Of a stretch of 64,000 bases of DNA, positions 29,624 to 40,939 are shown one piece after another. Numbering within the stretch: position 1 is the stretch's first letter; each line of letters opens with the position of its first letter. The stretch spans positions 2,480,001-2,544,000 of the forward strand of contig JABVCE010000002.1 of the NCBI GenBank assembly GCA_014905635.1, written 5' to 3'. The notes beneath the pieces were generated by a model. That model did no database searches, was not told the DNA's origin, and saw only the letters and a program-made list of their open reading frames with translations. A program made the position numbers and the translations under genes. This stretch comes from Scenedesmus sp. PABB004. Lineage: Eukaryota.

Positions 29624-32600
29624 ATGTCGACCATACTGTCAGCCCGGGAGCGGGAGGCGCAGGCGCGGCGCGACGGGGGCAGCACGGGCATCGGGCGCGC
29701 CTGCGCGCGCGCCCTGACCGGCGCCCGGACCAGCGGCGGCGCCGCTGCTCGCGGCGCGCTCGGCACGCGCAGAACCTGCTGCGGCAGAGGGACGCCGAGC
29801 TGAAGCAGGCCAACACGGAGCTGGAAGAGCGCGGGAAGCTGCTGTACAAGACCAAGGCGCGCGCCCGCCGCCGCCGCGGCTGCAGCGACCGAGCCAGGCG
29901 GGCGCGGCAGTGGTCGCGGGGCGGCGCACACGCGCGCCGCGCCCGCCCGCGCGCGCAGGTGGCGATTGAGCAGCTGCAGAGCGAGCTCACCGCCAGCCGC
30001 AAGGAGGAGGCGGTCATACGCGAGGAGGCGCAGCGGGTGCGGCGCGGCGCGCGCGCGTGGCGGGCCGGGGGCGCGCCGCGCCGGGCGCGCGCGCTCACGC
30101 CGCGGCCGCCGCCGCCGCGCTCGCGCCGCGGCAGATCTGCGACGAGCAGGCCGCGGAGCTGCGCCACGCGGAGGAGCAGCTCGCGGCAACCGAGTCGGCG
30201 CTCGCGGCGCGCGCCGCGCAGGCGCAGGCGCTGTCGGCGCGCGTGTCGGAGCTCGAGGGCGAGCTCGAGTCGGCGCGGCACGAGCAGCGCACGTTCGGCA
30301 GCGCGCACGCGGCGCGCGAGCGCGACCACATGCGCCGCGTGGAGGGCCTGCAGGACGAGGTGGAGCACCAGCAGGAACAGATCGCCGCGCTCGAGCGCCT
30401 GCTGCGCGAGCGCGGCGCCGCGCTCAGCGAGGCCAAGGACCGGGTGCGGCGGCGCGGGCGCGGGCCCCGCGGACGAGCCAGACGCGGCGTGCTGCGCGCG
30501 CGGGCGCAGCCGCCGCCGAGCTCGAGGCCGGCCCTGACTGCCTGCCGCCGCCGCCGCCGCCGCCGCCGGCGGCGACGTCGCTGTCGGCGGAGCGCGACGA
30601 CGCGGACAAGGCGGCGCGCGACGCCGCGGCGCGCGCGGCGCGCCTCACGCAGGACAAGGCGCGCCTGGAGGCGCAGCTCGTGGCGGCGACGGCGGCCGCG
30701 GACGAATCGGCCACCGCGGCGGTGGCAGCCGCCGCGGCGGAGGCGCGGCTGCGTGACAAGGCGGCGGCGGCCGACAAGGAGTGGGCGCGCCTGCTGGCGG
30801 CGGCGCAGGAGGAGGGCGCGAGCAAGCTGCGCGAGGCGGAGGCGCGGGCGCGGGAGCTGGAGGAGCGCGGTGAGCGACAGGATGGGGGGGGGGGGGGGCT
30901 GCACACGCGGCGCACGCGCCCGGCTGGCCGCCGCCGCCGGCGCGCATGACCGCCCGCCTGCATGCGCGCGCGCGCACGCTGCCGCTGCTGTGCAGTCGCC
31001 ACCGTGTCCAAGGCGCTGTCAGAAGCCCAGGGCGAGCTGGGCAGCGCCAACCTCGTGGGCGCGCGGCAGCTGGAGGACGCGCAGGGCGTCTGGGGGCGCC
31101 AGGTTGCGGAGCTCGAGGCGGCCTGGGAGCGGCGGCTCGCAGGTGGGCGCCGGAGGCCCGCGCAGTCCCCTGTGCAGCGGCTGTCCGGGCTGCTAGCTCC
31201 CCCGCGCGCACCGCAGCCGGTCCGAGCTTACCGCCGGCCGGGCGGCGCTGCTGCCGGGCGGCGTCGTCGCCGCCGCAGGGGTCCAGCGCGCCGCGGACGA
31301 GGGCATGTGCGACGAGCAGCGTGGCTGGGAGCGGCGGCTGCGCGACTGCGAGGAGGGCTGGCGCGACCGGCTGCAGGCCGTCGAGGGCGGCTGGGGTGAG
31401 CGCAGCACGGCGGGTGGAGCCGCACGGCGGCCTGGCGTGGGCGTCGCCGTGGCCCGCCGCTGACGCGTGCTATGGCACGCCGCGCCGCGCCGTGCCGCGC
31501 AGCGCTCAAGCTGGCCCAGGAGCAGCAGGCGTGGGAGCACGCGCGCAAGGACTGGGAGCACTGGCGCAGCCGCGTGGCAGATGAGATTGAGGCGGCACAG
31601 GTGCGTGCGGGGCGCGTCGCTGGGAGGGCTCGGGGGCGGTCTGGGCTGCCAGCGTGGCGCCGGCTCATGCGCGCGGTGCTCCCCATGCCGCGCATCGCCG
31701 CCGCCGCAGGCGGACGCGGCATGCGAGGCGCGCCGCGCCGTGGCTGCGCAGCTGTCGGAGCTGGAGGCGTGCGCGGGCGCAGACCGGGCCAACCTGGAGC
31801 GGTGAGGGATCCGTGTTTGCAGTCAGGCTGCGCCCGCGCCGCTATGCTGACGCGTGCCCCGCCCACGTTGCGCGCAGTTCCTGGGCGCTGCGGCTGGAGG
31901 AGGCGGAGCGCGCCTGGTCGGAGCGGCTCGCGCGCGAAGCGGCCGCAGCGTCGACGCGGCTGGATGAGCAGAGGCAGCGGCAGAGCCTGGAGAGCTCCAA
32001 GGCCGTCGAGGCGGTGGCGGCCAACGCGTCGGCGGTGGAGGCGAGGTGGGCGCGCGCGCGTGCACGCCACGTGACAGCAGGGCCTCGGCCAGACGGTGCG
32101 CGGGGCTGCGTCGGGGGCGGCGCACCGACGGGCAGGGGCCCGCCTGGCCGCCGCCGCAGGTGGCGCACGCAGCTGGACGAGCTCAAGCGGCGCTGGGCGG
32201 GCGAGCAGCTCGCGAGCGACCGCGCTTGGGCGGCCAAGCTGGAGGAGCAGCACAATCGCTGGCTCAGGGAGCGCAACGAGCTGGAGGCCGCCGCCGCGGA
32301 GCGCCTCGACGCCGCGCAGGCGGCCGCGTCGGCGTCTGCCGACGCGCTGCGATCCAAGCTGGAGGGCCGCATCGCCGCCATCGCGGGCCGGCTCGGCCAG
32401 CTGGCGGCGCAGGAGGACGCGCGCGAGGCGCGGCGGCGCGAGCTGGCGGAGCAGGTGCGGCGGGGCGGGCTGGCCGCGCGCTGTGGCTCGGCGACCGCCC
32501 CGACCCGCGCTCAGCTGGCCTGGCCGGTGGCGCCCCGCACGCACACGCACGCACGCGCGCACACTGCGTCAGGTGGAGGAGCTGCGCGTCGCCGGCGCGG

Positions 32601-33662
32601 ATGAGTTCCAGCGGCGCATGTCGCTGGAGGCCACGCTGCGCCAGGCGGCGGCGCTCTTCAAGCGCGAGCTGGCCTCCAAGAGCGACGAGGTCGCGGGCCT
32701 GCAGGGCCAGCTGCGCGCGATGCGCCACGAGCTGGCCAGCAGCAACGCCTGCGACGCCGCCGCGGTCGCGGCGGCGGGCGCGGCGCACGGCAGCTGCTGC
32801 GGCAGCCCAGCGCGGCGCGGCGCCCCCGGCAGCCCGGGGCCGGCCCCCTGCGCTGCCTGGGCCGCGGCGAGCCCGGCCGCGCCGCTCGCCCCGGGTGGCG
32901 GCGCCAGCGCGGGCGCGTCGCCGGGCGCCGAGGCCGGCGGCGCCGCCGCGGTCGCGGCGGAGCTGGCCGCGCTGCGTGCCGCGCGCGCGGGCTACCAGAG
33001 TGCTGCACTGCAGCAGGCGGCGGTGCGGAACAGCCTGCTCTGCTCCATCGGTGATCACCTGCAGGTGCGGCGCAGGCAGCCGGCCAGGGCCGCCGGCGCC
33101 AGCACGCGCGCGCCGGCGGCTCGCGCGCGTGTGCGCCACTCACGCGAGCGCCGCCCCCGCTCGCCGCCCGTGCACGCGCGCGGCGGGCCAGGAGTGTGCT
33201 GCCGCGCGGTCGCGCAGCCCCAGCCGCAGTCCGCCGCGGCGGCGCTGCCCGCCGGCGTCTGCCGACCCGCACCTGCTGGCGCACCGGTGGCGCGGCACGC
33301 CGCCGCCAGCCGACGCGGCTGCCACCACCGCCGGCGGCCGCAGCAGCGCCGCGCGGTGCCTGTTCAGCAGCCCGCAGCAGCCCGCGCCGCGGCCCTGGTC
33401 GGCGGCCGGGGCGCAGCCGGGCGCGTCGGGCGGCAGCGGCGGGTGCTGGGGGCCGGCGGGCAGCTGCCGCAAGGGCGGCGGGCTCCGCGCCAGCGCTCGC
33501 CGCGCAGGCGACGCGCTCTCCGGCGGCGGCCTCGACAGTGGCTGCATGGCGAGCGAGGACAGCGCCGCAACGTCGGCCAGCTCGTCGTACACGGCGTGGC
33601 GGGAGGAGCTGTCGTTCCGGCTAGGCAGCGCGCTGCGCAAGCTGGAGCAGCCCGCAGCGTGA
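29624..33662 (+). CDS. Long multi-exon coiled-coil protein of unknown function
   Basis: Exons MSTILSAREREAQ^NLLRQRDAELKQANTELEERGKLLYKTK^VAIEQLQSEL... rich in E/A/R/Q heptads; last exon ends LGSALRKLEQPAA* at 33662. Confidence 0.75.
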
Positions 33663-33770
33663 GCGGCGCGTCGAGCGGCGGCGGAGGGGGCTGGGGTGTC
33701 TGTTGAGAGCCCGCGGCCGCGCTGGGCGCGTCTGACGTCGGTGGTCACCGGCCGGCGCGGCCCCACCGCC
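32957..33770 (+). repeat. Inverted repeat A, left arm (814 bp): 3' end of the coiled-coil gene
   Basis: Reverse complement of 39769-40582, with about 13 substitutions counted by eye. Confidence 0.95.
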
Positions 33771-33816
33771 GGCGGCGCCAGCCTCGGGCGCGCAGCACGT
33801 CGCGATACTGCACGCG

Positions 33817-33821
33817 TTACA
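33817..33821 (-). terminator. Candidate TGTAA polyadenylation signal for the 34309-35813 gene
   Basis: TTACA on + equals TGTAA on -, about 490 nt past the stop. TGTAA is the established chlorophycean poly(A) signal. Confidence 0.45.
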
Positions 33822-34308
33822 CCAGGCGCATTCGACAGTGTGTCAGGGAAAGCGAGAGGCACGTGCGTTGAGAACCACCACGACCACGACCAGCTCTGCA
33901 CACCCAGTGGTGGGATGCCCAGCCCGCAGACTTTCCTGCAAACCAAACGACCCCCGCTTGCCCCAGGCCCCGACAGCAGTCCCTCAGCACCAGGGCCGCG
34001 CCGCCAAGGGCGGGACAATCAATCCTCGACCAGCTTGTCCACTGAGTGGGTGGCTTTGCACAAAGCCAGCGACGCCCCTCGCCCCGCGGCGTGCAGCGCG
34101 AGGGCAGCCAGCCGTGCGCTGCGCGCACACCCCCGGGCCGCTCGTCACACAAACACAGCCGCACGCACAGCCGCTGTGCGCATGTAGGTAGAGCTTAACG
34201 CGCCGCAGGCGAGCGCAGCCCAACACGCCCATCGCCACGCCCCGCCAGGCAGCGCACAGCACAGCACGCTGTGCAAGGGTTCAGGGTTGAGGTTCAGGGT
34301 TGAGAGAC

Positions 34309-35813
34309 TCACAGCAGGCGCCCCAGGCCCGCCCACGCGAGCGCGACCAGCACCAGCACCACGTACGCGTCCTGCGCCGTCGGCGGCAGGCTGCTGCTCT
34401 CCTCGTCAAACTGGTCCCGCGACGGCAGCTCGCCCAGCAACGCCTGGACGGGCGCGCCGGCACCGGCACCGGCACCTGCGCCGCTGCCGCCAGCGCCGGC
34501 GCCAGCGGCGCTGTCGCTGCTGCTGCTGCTGCTGCTGCTCCGCTGCGCAGGCGGGGCGCCGCCGCTGCTGCTCGCGCAGCTGCCCGCGCTGCTCGCGGGC
34601 GGCCCCGGGCCAGCGCCGGCGCTGGCACCCGCCTCGTCCTCGGCGGCGGCCGCCAGCGCGCGCTCCGCGCAGCGCAGCAGGCTCGAGTAGCTCGCGCTCG
34701 CCAGGAGCGCCGCCTCGCGCGCGCGCGCGTCGGGGCGCCGCTGGCCCGCCAGCCACGCCGCGCGCGACCGCGCCTCCACGCACCACAGCAGGAAGCTCGG
34801 CAGGACGTGCCCCGCCAGCAGCTGCAGGAAGGTCAGGCCCCGCACGCATGCGCGCTCGCCGCCTGGCGCGCGGAGCGTCGCCGCCGCCGCCGCCGTCGCG
34901 GCGCGCGCCGGCCCGACCGCGCCGAGGCCCGCCAGCAGCAGCGCGCGCAGGCCGTGCCCCGCCGCGGCGACCGCCGCGACAGCGGCGGGGCCGTGCTGCA
35001 CGTGCGCGACGCCGCCGCAGACGAGCGGGGCGAGGCTCGAGTACACGGCCAGCATGCCGCTGTGCACCAGCAGGTGCTGCCAGAAGGTCAGCGGGAAGGC
35101 GCCGGCAAACCAGGCCATGCCGATGACGCCGCTGCGGGGCGGGGCGCGGGCGGGGGCGGGGGCGCGGCGTGGGCGGTGGGCAGCGGGGACGCGCGGGCGG
35201 CGGCGGGAGGAGGCGGGGGAGGCACGGGCAGCGCCAGGCGGCGGCCGCCAGCACCCATGCCGCCGCGGCCGCGGCCGGCGCGGGCCGCGCACCTGCGCCA
35301 GATTAGGGCCGACATCGCGCTCTCGCCGCCGCCGCCGGCCGACGCAGTGATGCCGCCGACGCCACACACGCCAAAGCCGCGCCACGCTGTCGCGGCGAGG
35401 TAGAAGGCGCGCAGGCACAGCGTCACGCGCGTGCGCACGCGCGTGTAGCGCGCCGCGCCGAGCGCCCAGGCGAGGCAGAGGTGCGCGGCGGGGCCGAGCC
35501 AGCTCAGCGCGATGAGCCGGCCGCACTGGTCGACGTTGGTGAGGCTCGCCGCGGCGCGCGTCGACGGCGCGAGCGTCGCGATGACGCCGTACAGCAGCGT
35601 CCCGCTCGCGACCATGGCCAGGTAGACCGCCGCCGCCTGCAGGTCGTGCGCGCGCAGGCGCGGCGCCTGCGCCGCCTGGTACGCGCGCTCGAGGCCGGCG
35701 TCGCGGAAGACGAGCAGCACCGGCACCTGCGCGCCCGCCGCCGCTGCCTGCTGCTGGTGATGGTGCTGCATCTGCCCCTGCGCCTCCCGCCGCCAGCCGG
35801 CGCGCGGCTTCAT
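34309..35813 (-). CDS. Multi-pass membrane protein of unknown function (2 exons)
   Basis: LLVFRDAGLERAY followed by several hydrophobic segments; intron about 35133-35292; second exon SGVIGMAWFAGAFPLTFWQH...AYVVLVLVALAWAGLGRLL*. Start codon uncertain. Confidence 0.65.
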
Positions 35814-36582
35814 CGCCGCGCCGCTGCTGCTGCTGCTGCTCCTGGGCCTGCTGCTGCTGGGCCTGCTCAACGCCGCTGCGCTGCGTGATGCCCACGACGC
35901 GCGGGCTTCAGGGCGGCGCCCGCCGCGGCGTCCGAGCAGGCGGGCCCGCTGCTGGGTGGAGGCGCCCTGCCCGCGCCCTGCCCGCGCGCGCGGCCGCGAA
36001 TCTGCGCGCGCGCGAGGCCGGCGCATGCCGTCGTGGCCCACGACGACTGGAGTGGCAGCGCGGGGCGCGCAAAACGCGCAGAGGCGCGGTTTGGGCTGTC
36101 AGTGAGCCCGCCCGCCTCTCTTCGTCGTGCGCCCCTGTTTCGCCGCCTCCCCGCTACGTGCTGCACCAGATCTCTCGCGTGATCGACACCGACGCCCGCC
36201 CAGCGCTTGCCGCCCAACGCTTGCCGCGCGCCCGCAAACTCGCACGGCCGCGGCCTCCCACGCCGGCGCTGCGCCCTCACCAAGGCGAGCGGACTGCGCC
36301 AGGGCGCCCGGCCCCGGCGCGCGGGCAAGCGCCTCGCCTGCGGCGCCGGCGGCGCTGCAACCCCCGCAGCGCCGCTGCTCGCTGCTGCGAGCACGCGGCG
36401 GGCTCGTGCAGACGCAGCGCGCACAACGCCTGTCCACGGCCTCTGACCGCTCATGCTCCCTCCTCTCTCTGTGACTCTGCCGCTCGCGCGCGCGCAGGAG
36501 CCGGACCCAGCAGCAGCGCCGCAGCGCCAGGCGCGCGTGCCGGCAGTGGTGACCGCAGCGCCCGGGCGCCCGCGCGAGCAGC

Positions 36583-37160
36583 ATGCTGGCGGCCGGCGTT
36601 CCTGGCCGCGCGGCGCGGCGCGGCGGCGCCGCTGGCGCGCTGCGCGAGCGTCCGGCGCAGCCGGGGAGCGGCAGGTGCGGCCAGCTGCCGCCGCGGCGGC
36701 CGGGAACCTCGCACGCCGCCCTCACACCACGCGCCGCGGCGCGCGCAGCGCAGCGCCGCGCCGTGCCCCCCCCCCCCCCCCCCCCCCCACGCCCGCCGCT
36801 GCCGCCCGCGCAGCCGCCCCGCCGCGCCGCCGGCCGCGCCGCGCCGCGGCGGCGCGGCGGCGCGGCACCGCCGCGGGTCGCGCCTGGTCGTGGGCAGCGG
36901 GCTCGAGGGCTTCCTCGGGCTCTCTGCATTCCTCAAGCCCGAGGTCGCCGCCGTGTTCAGCGCGGTGCTCGCGATCGGCAGCGTGGGCCTGAACAACTAC
37001 GGTAACGTGCTGACCGAGAGCAAGCGCGTGGAGCTGCAGAAGGAGGCGAGCCCCGCGGGCGGCGCGCTGCACGCGGCGCTGGCGGTCGCGCGGCGGCGCC
37101 ATGCGCGGGCGCGGCAGCGCGCGCGGCGCGGCGCGGGGGGCTCACGGCCGCGCGTGCCCT

Positions 37161-37195
<35 letters not shown>

Positions 37196-39444
37196 GCGCC
37201 CTGCGCCCACAGCTTGACCGCGAGAAGCAGGCCGAGGCGGTGCTGGCTGAGCTGGCGAGCATTATCAGCAGGTACCGCGGCCCCCTGCTCGAGAGCAGCG
37301 TCGACCTCGAGCAGCGCCTCTGGCACCTCGCGACCATGACCGGCGAGGTGCGCGCCGCGCGCCGCTGCCCACGGCCGCCGTCCGGGCTGCGCTCGCTCGC
37401 ATGCGCGCGCACGAGTGGCTCTGCGAGGAGGGGGCGCCGGCGGCGGCCGCGCTGCGCGCCTGCCGAGCCCCCGCGCCCGCCGACCCCCCGCGCGCCGTGC
37501 CCGCCCGACCACGCGCGCCGCGCAGTGGTACAAGGCGGCCGACGTGCTGTGCGGGGAGGAGATTGCTTACACGCTCTTCACGCTCGTGCAGGTGGGGTGC
37601 AATGGAGGGCGGCGGCACGCGTCCGCGCGCGGCGCGGCGCGGCGCGGCGGGGGCGTCGGGCGGGGCACGCCTCCCCTGCCTGGCCCTGGCCCGCGCGCAC
37701 GGCTCATACTCACACTCACGCGCTCACGCGCCCACCCCGCCGCACCGCCGCACCGCCGCACCGCCGCACCGCCGCACCGCCGCGCGCAGTTCCTGGGATT
37801 CCTGGAGGTGGTGCGGCGCGAGGGCCCGCGCGAGCGCGCCTTCCTGGCAGCCGGCAACCCGCAGGGCAGCGACACGCTCGCCACGCTGGTCGAGGGCTTT
37901 CGCTTCGTCCTCTGCGCCAGCCCCGTCACGCTGCAGGGCTGGCTCAGCGAGCCGGACGGCGAGCGCGACCACCCCGGCGCGCGGCAGCGGCGGCCCTACA
38001 CCCCAGTCAAGGGCAAGCGCAAGGCGATGACCGCGGGTGCGCGCGGGCGGCGCCGCCGCGCAGCGGGGCGGGCGGGGCCCGCGCCGCTCGGCCGGCGCGC
38101 GGCGCCTGCTTGCCAGCGCGCGCGTGCTCGACCCGCGCTGACCCGCGCTGCTGCTGCCGGCGGCGGCGCCGCCGCGCAGGCCTGGGCGACGACTCCACCA
38201 TCATCCCGCTGCGCGTCAGCCGCGGCAGCCAGCGCGCGATCGGCAGCCAGATGGGCGCCACGCCCCTGGGTGCGCCGCGCCGCCCGCCGCGCCCGCGCCT
38301 GCCGCGCCACGCGGCGCGCGCTCTCCCGCTCACCCTCTCCGCGCCGCGTCCACCGCCGCCGCGCGCGCGCCGGCGCCAGGCTCTGAGCGCCACTACACCC
38401 ACTCATACTCGACCTTTCTGGGCAAGCTCAAGGCCGAGCCCGACTTTGCGGCATGGCTGCAGCCAATTGAGGCTGACCTCGCCGCGCTGCTCACGGGGCC
38501 GAGCTGGATGGGCGAGCCCATCGCGCCCGCGCCGCACAGGCGCGGCGCGGCGGCGCTGTGCCTGTCTGGGGCGCGCCGGGGCGCGCGCGCAGCGGCCGCT
38601 GCGGGGCGCGGCCGCTCAGCCCGCACGGCGCCGCCGCCGCCGCCGCGCCGCGCGCAGGTGGGCGCGCGTGCTGCTGCTGCAGCAGCTGCTGGTGGACGCG
38701 ATCGACCTGCTGGACCCAGGTGTGTGGGCGGTGGGCGGCTCTGCGTGCGCGGGGCCCTCGCGCCGCGCGCCGCGCCGCGGCCGCCGCCCACACGCGCCAC
38801 GGCCCCGCCGCGCGCCAGACTACGTGCGCGTGCCCGCGAACCGCCGCATCCGTCTCGCGCCCGTGGCGTACTCGCCGCTGCCCAACGTCGAGCAGTACAA
38901 GGCCGCGCTCACGCTGCTGAGCGGGCCGATGGACACGGGGCGCTTTGGGGGCATGGCCGGCGGCGGCGAGCCCGCGCCCGAGGGCGAGCACTTCCAGGCG
39001 CTGCAGAACCTGCTGCACCCCGAGCGCGTGCTCACGGCGGCGGAGCAGGTGCGCCGCGCGGCGGCGGCGCAGTCGGCGCGCACGAGCGCCGGCGCCGCCG
39101 CCGCGGCGGCGGGCGGCGGCAGCAAGCCCGGCAGCCCGAGCGGCAGCCCCAGCGGCAGTCCGCTCGGCAGCGCGTCGACGCTGGACGACGACGCGGCGCG
39201 GCCGATCGTGCCGCCGTTTGAGCTGCCGCGCGTCGGCGCGACGGGCGTGCAGCTGCTGCAGGCGCTGAGCGGCGGCGCGCCGCCGGCGCCGCCGACGCCG
39301 CCGCCGGCAGCGGCGCCGCCGCCGAGCGGCGAGGCGTGGCGCGCGCCGCCGGACCTGGGCGGCACCGCCGTCACGGCCGAGCGCCTGCCCGTGGACGGCG
39401 CGAGCTCGCCCGCGGGCGGCAAGCCCACCAACGGCAAGCGCTGA
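36583..39444 (+). CDS. Conserved hypothetical protein with transit-peptide-like N-terminus, one TM segment and a bacterial-like domain
   Basis: Exon 1 (36583-36674) splices in frame to ...AAVFSAVLAIGSVGL...SRYRGPLLESSVDLEQRLWHL...YTLFTLVQ^FLGFLEVVRRE...RGSQRAIGSQM...LLLQQLLVDAIDLLDP; stop at 39444. Confidence 0.7.
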
Positions 39445-39768
39445 GTCTGGTGCGCGTGGGCGGCGGCGTGTGGGCGGGCGGGCGGTCGCAGGCGCACAGT
39501 GTGCATACGTGGCCGATCGTAGTAGCTGGGCGAGCAGGCAGAGAGCGGTGCAAGAGAGAGGGAAGGGATGCCGGTCAGCGCAGGTGCTTGTGGCGCAGCG
39601 AGCAGGCCATCGCCAACATGTATTAAGCTTGTTTTAGCTCTTCTTTGCGCAGGCCGCAGGCGGGCGGCCCCCGCCGCCGCCTGCGACCACCGCAACTGCG
39701 TTGACGTGGTGGCTGGTGCTGCTGCTGCTGTGCTGGCACAATTGGCTTGTCGCGAGGCGAGCGCGGAA

Positions 39769-40582
39769 GGCGGTGGGGCCGCGCCGGCCGGTGACCACCG
39801 ACGTCAGACGCGCCCAGCGCGGCCGCGGGCTCTCAACAGACACCCCAGCCCCCTCCGCCGCCGCTCGACGCGCCGCTCACGCTGCGGGCTGCTCCAGCTT
39901 GCGCAGCGCGCTGCCTAGCCGGAACGACAGCTCCTCCCGCCACGCCGTGTACGACGAGCTGGCCGACGTTGCGGCGCTGTCCTCGCTCGCCATGCAGCCG
40001 CTGTCGAGGCCGCCGCCGGAGAGCGCGTCGCCTGCGCGGCGAGCGCTGGCGCGGAGCCCGCCGCCCTTGCGGCAGCTGCCCGCCGGCCCCCAGCACCCGC
40101 CGCTGCCGCCCGACGCGCCCGGCTGCGCCCCGGCCGCCGACCAGGGCCGCGGCGCGGGCTGCTGCGGGCTGCTGAACAGGCACCGCGCGGCGCTGCTGCG
40201 GCCGCCGGCGGTGGTGGCAGCCGCGTCGGCTGGCGGCGGCGTGCCGCGCCACCGGTGCGCCAGCAGGTGCGGGTCGGCAGACGCCGGCGGGCAGCGCCGC
40301 CGCGGCGGACTGCGGCTGGGGCTGCGCGACCGCGCGGCAGCACACTCCTGGCCCGCCGCGCGCGTGCACGGGCGGCGAGCGGGGGCGGCGCTCGCGTGAG
40401 TGGCGCACGCGCGCGCGAGCCGCAGGCGCGCGCGTGCCGGCGCCGCCGGCCTTGGCCGGCTGCCTGCGCCGCACCTGCAGGTGATCAATGATGGAGCAGA
40501 GCAGGCTGTTCCGCACCGCCGCCGGCTGCAGCGCAGCGCCCTGGTAGCCCGCGCGTGCGGCACGCAGCGCGGCCAGCTCCGC
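39769..40582 (-). pseudogene. Inverted repeat A, right arm: 5'-truncated copy of the coiled-coil gene 3' end (part exon, intron, last exon, 3' UTR)
   Basis: Reverse complement of 32957-33770. It retains the intron, so it is a DNA-level duplication; no upstream exons are present. Confidence 0.9.
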
Positions 40583-40647
40583 GGCGGCAGAGCGGCAGCG
40601 GCAGCTCGAGCAGCCGAGGGCGCGGCGGTCAACGCGCGGTGGTCGAC

Positions 40648-40699
40648 GCGCTCGGCGCGAGCGTGGCGCACGACCTGCTGGTGGTGGTGCCGCCGGCGA
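40648..40699 (+). repeat. About 50-bp direct copy of coding sequence at 7612-7660
   Basis: gcgctcgg(c/t)gcgagcgtggcgcacgacctgctg(gtggtg/ctg)gtgccgccggcga occurs at both sites. Confidence 0.85.
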
Positions 40700-40732
40700 G
40701 CTGGGCGAGGAGGGTGGGAGCCACGTGATTGG

Positions 40733-40737
40733 TTACA
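40733..40737 (-). terminator. Candidate TGTAA polyadenylation signal of HLA3-like copy 1
   Basis: TTACA on +, about 200 nt past the stop at 40940, in a locally lower-GC 3' UTR. Confidence 0.55.
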
Positions 40738-40939
40738 GCGCGACCGTCACCCAACGGGTGGGGTTGTGTGCGTGAAACTGCAACGTCAAGTGCTGAGACC
40801 GCATGCGCAGCCACACACAACCGCGGAGCCACCGACGCTCTCCTCGCTGTACAGCCCACCTCTGCCGCCCAAGAGTTTGCTTAACAGGTGGTTGAGATTC
40901 GAAATCTTGCGCCGCCGGCGGCCGGCACACCAGCATCGC

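Noticed and set aside
34278..34306. Telomere-like ttcaggg/ttgagg units
   Set aside because: Only a 13-bp unit repeated twice; not the TTTAGGG/TTAGGG consensus.
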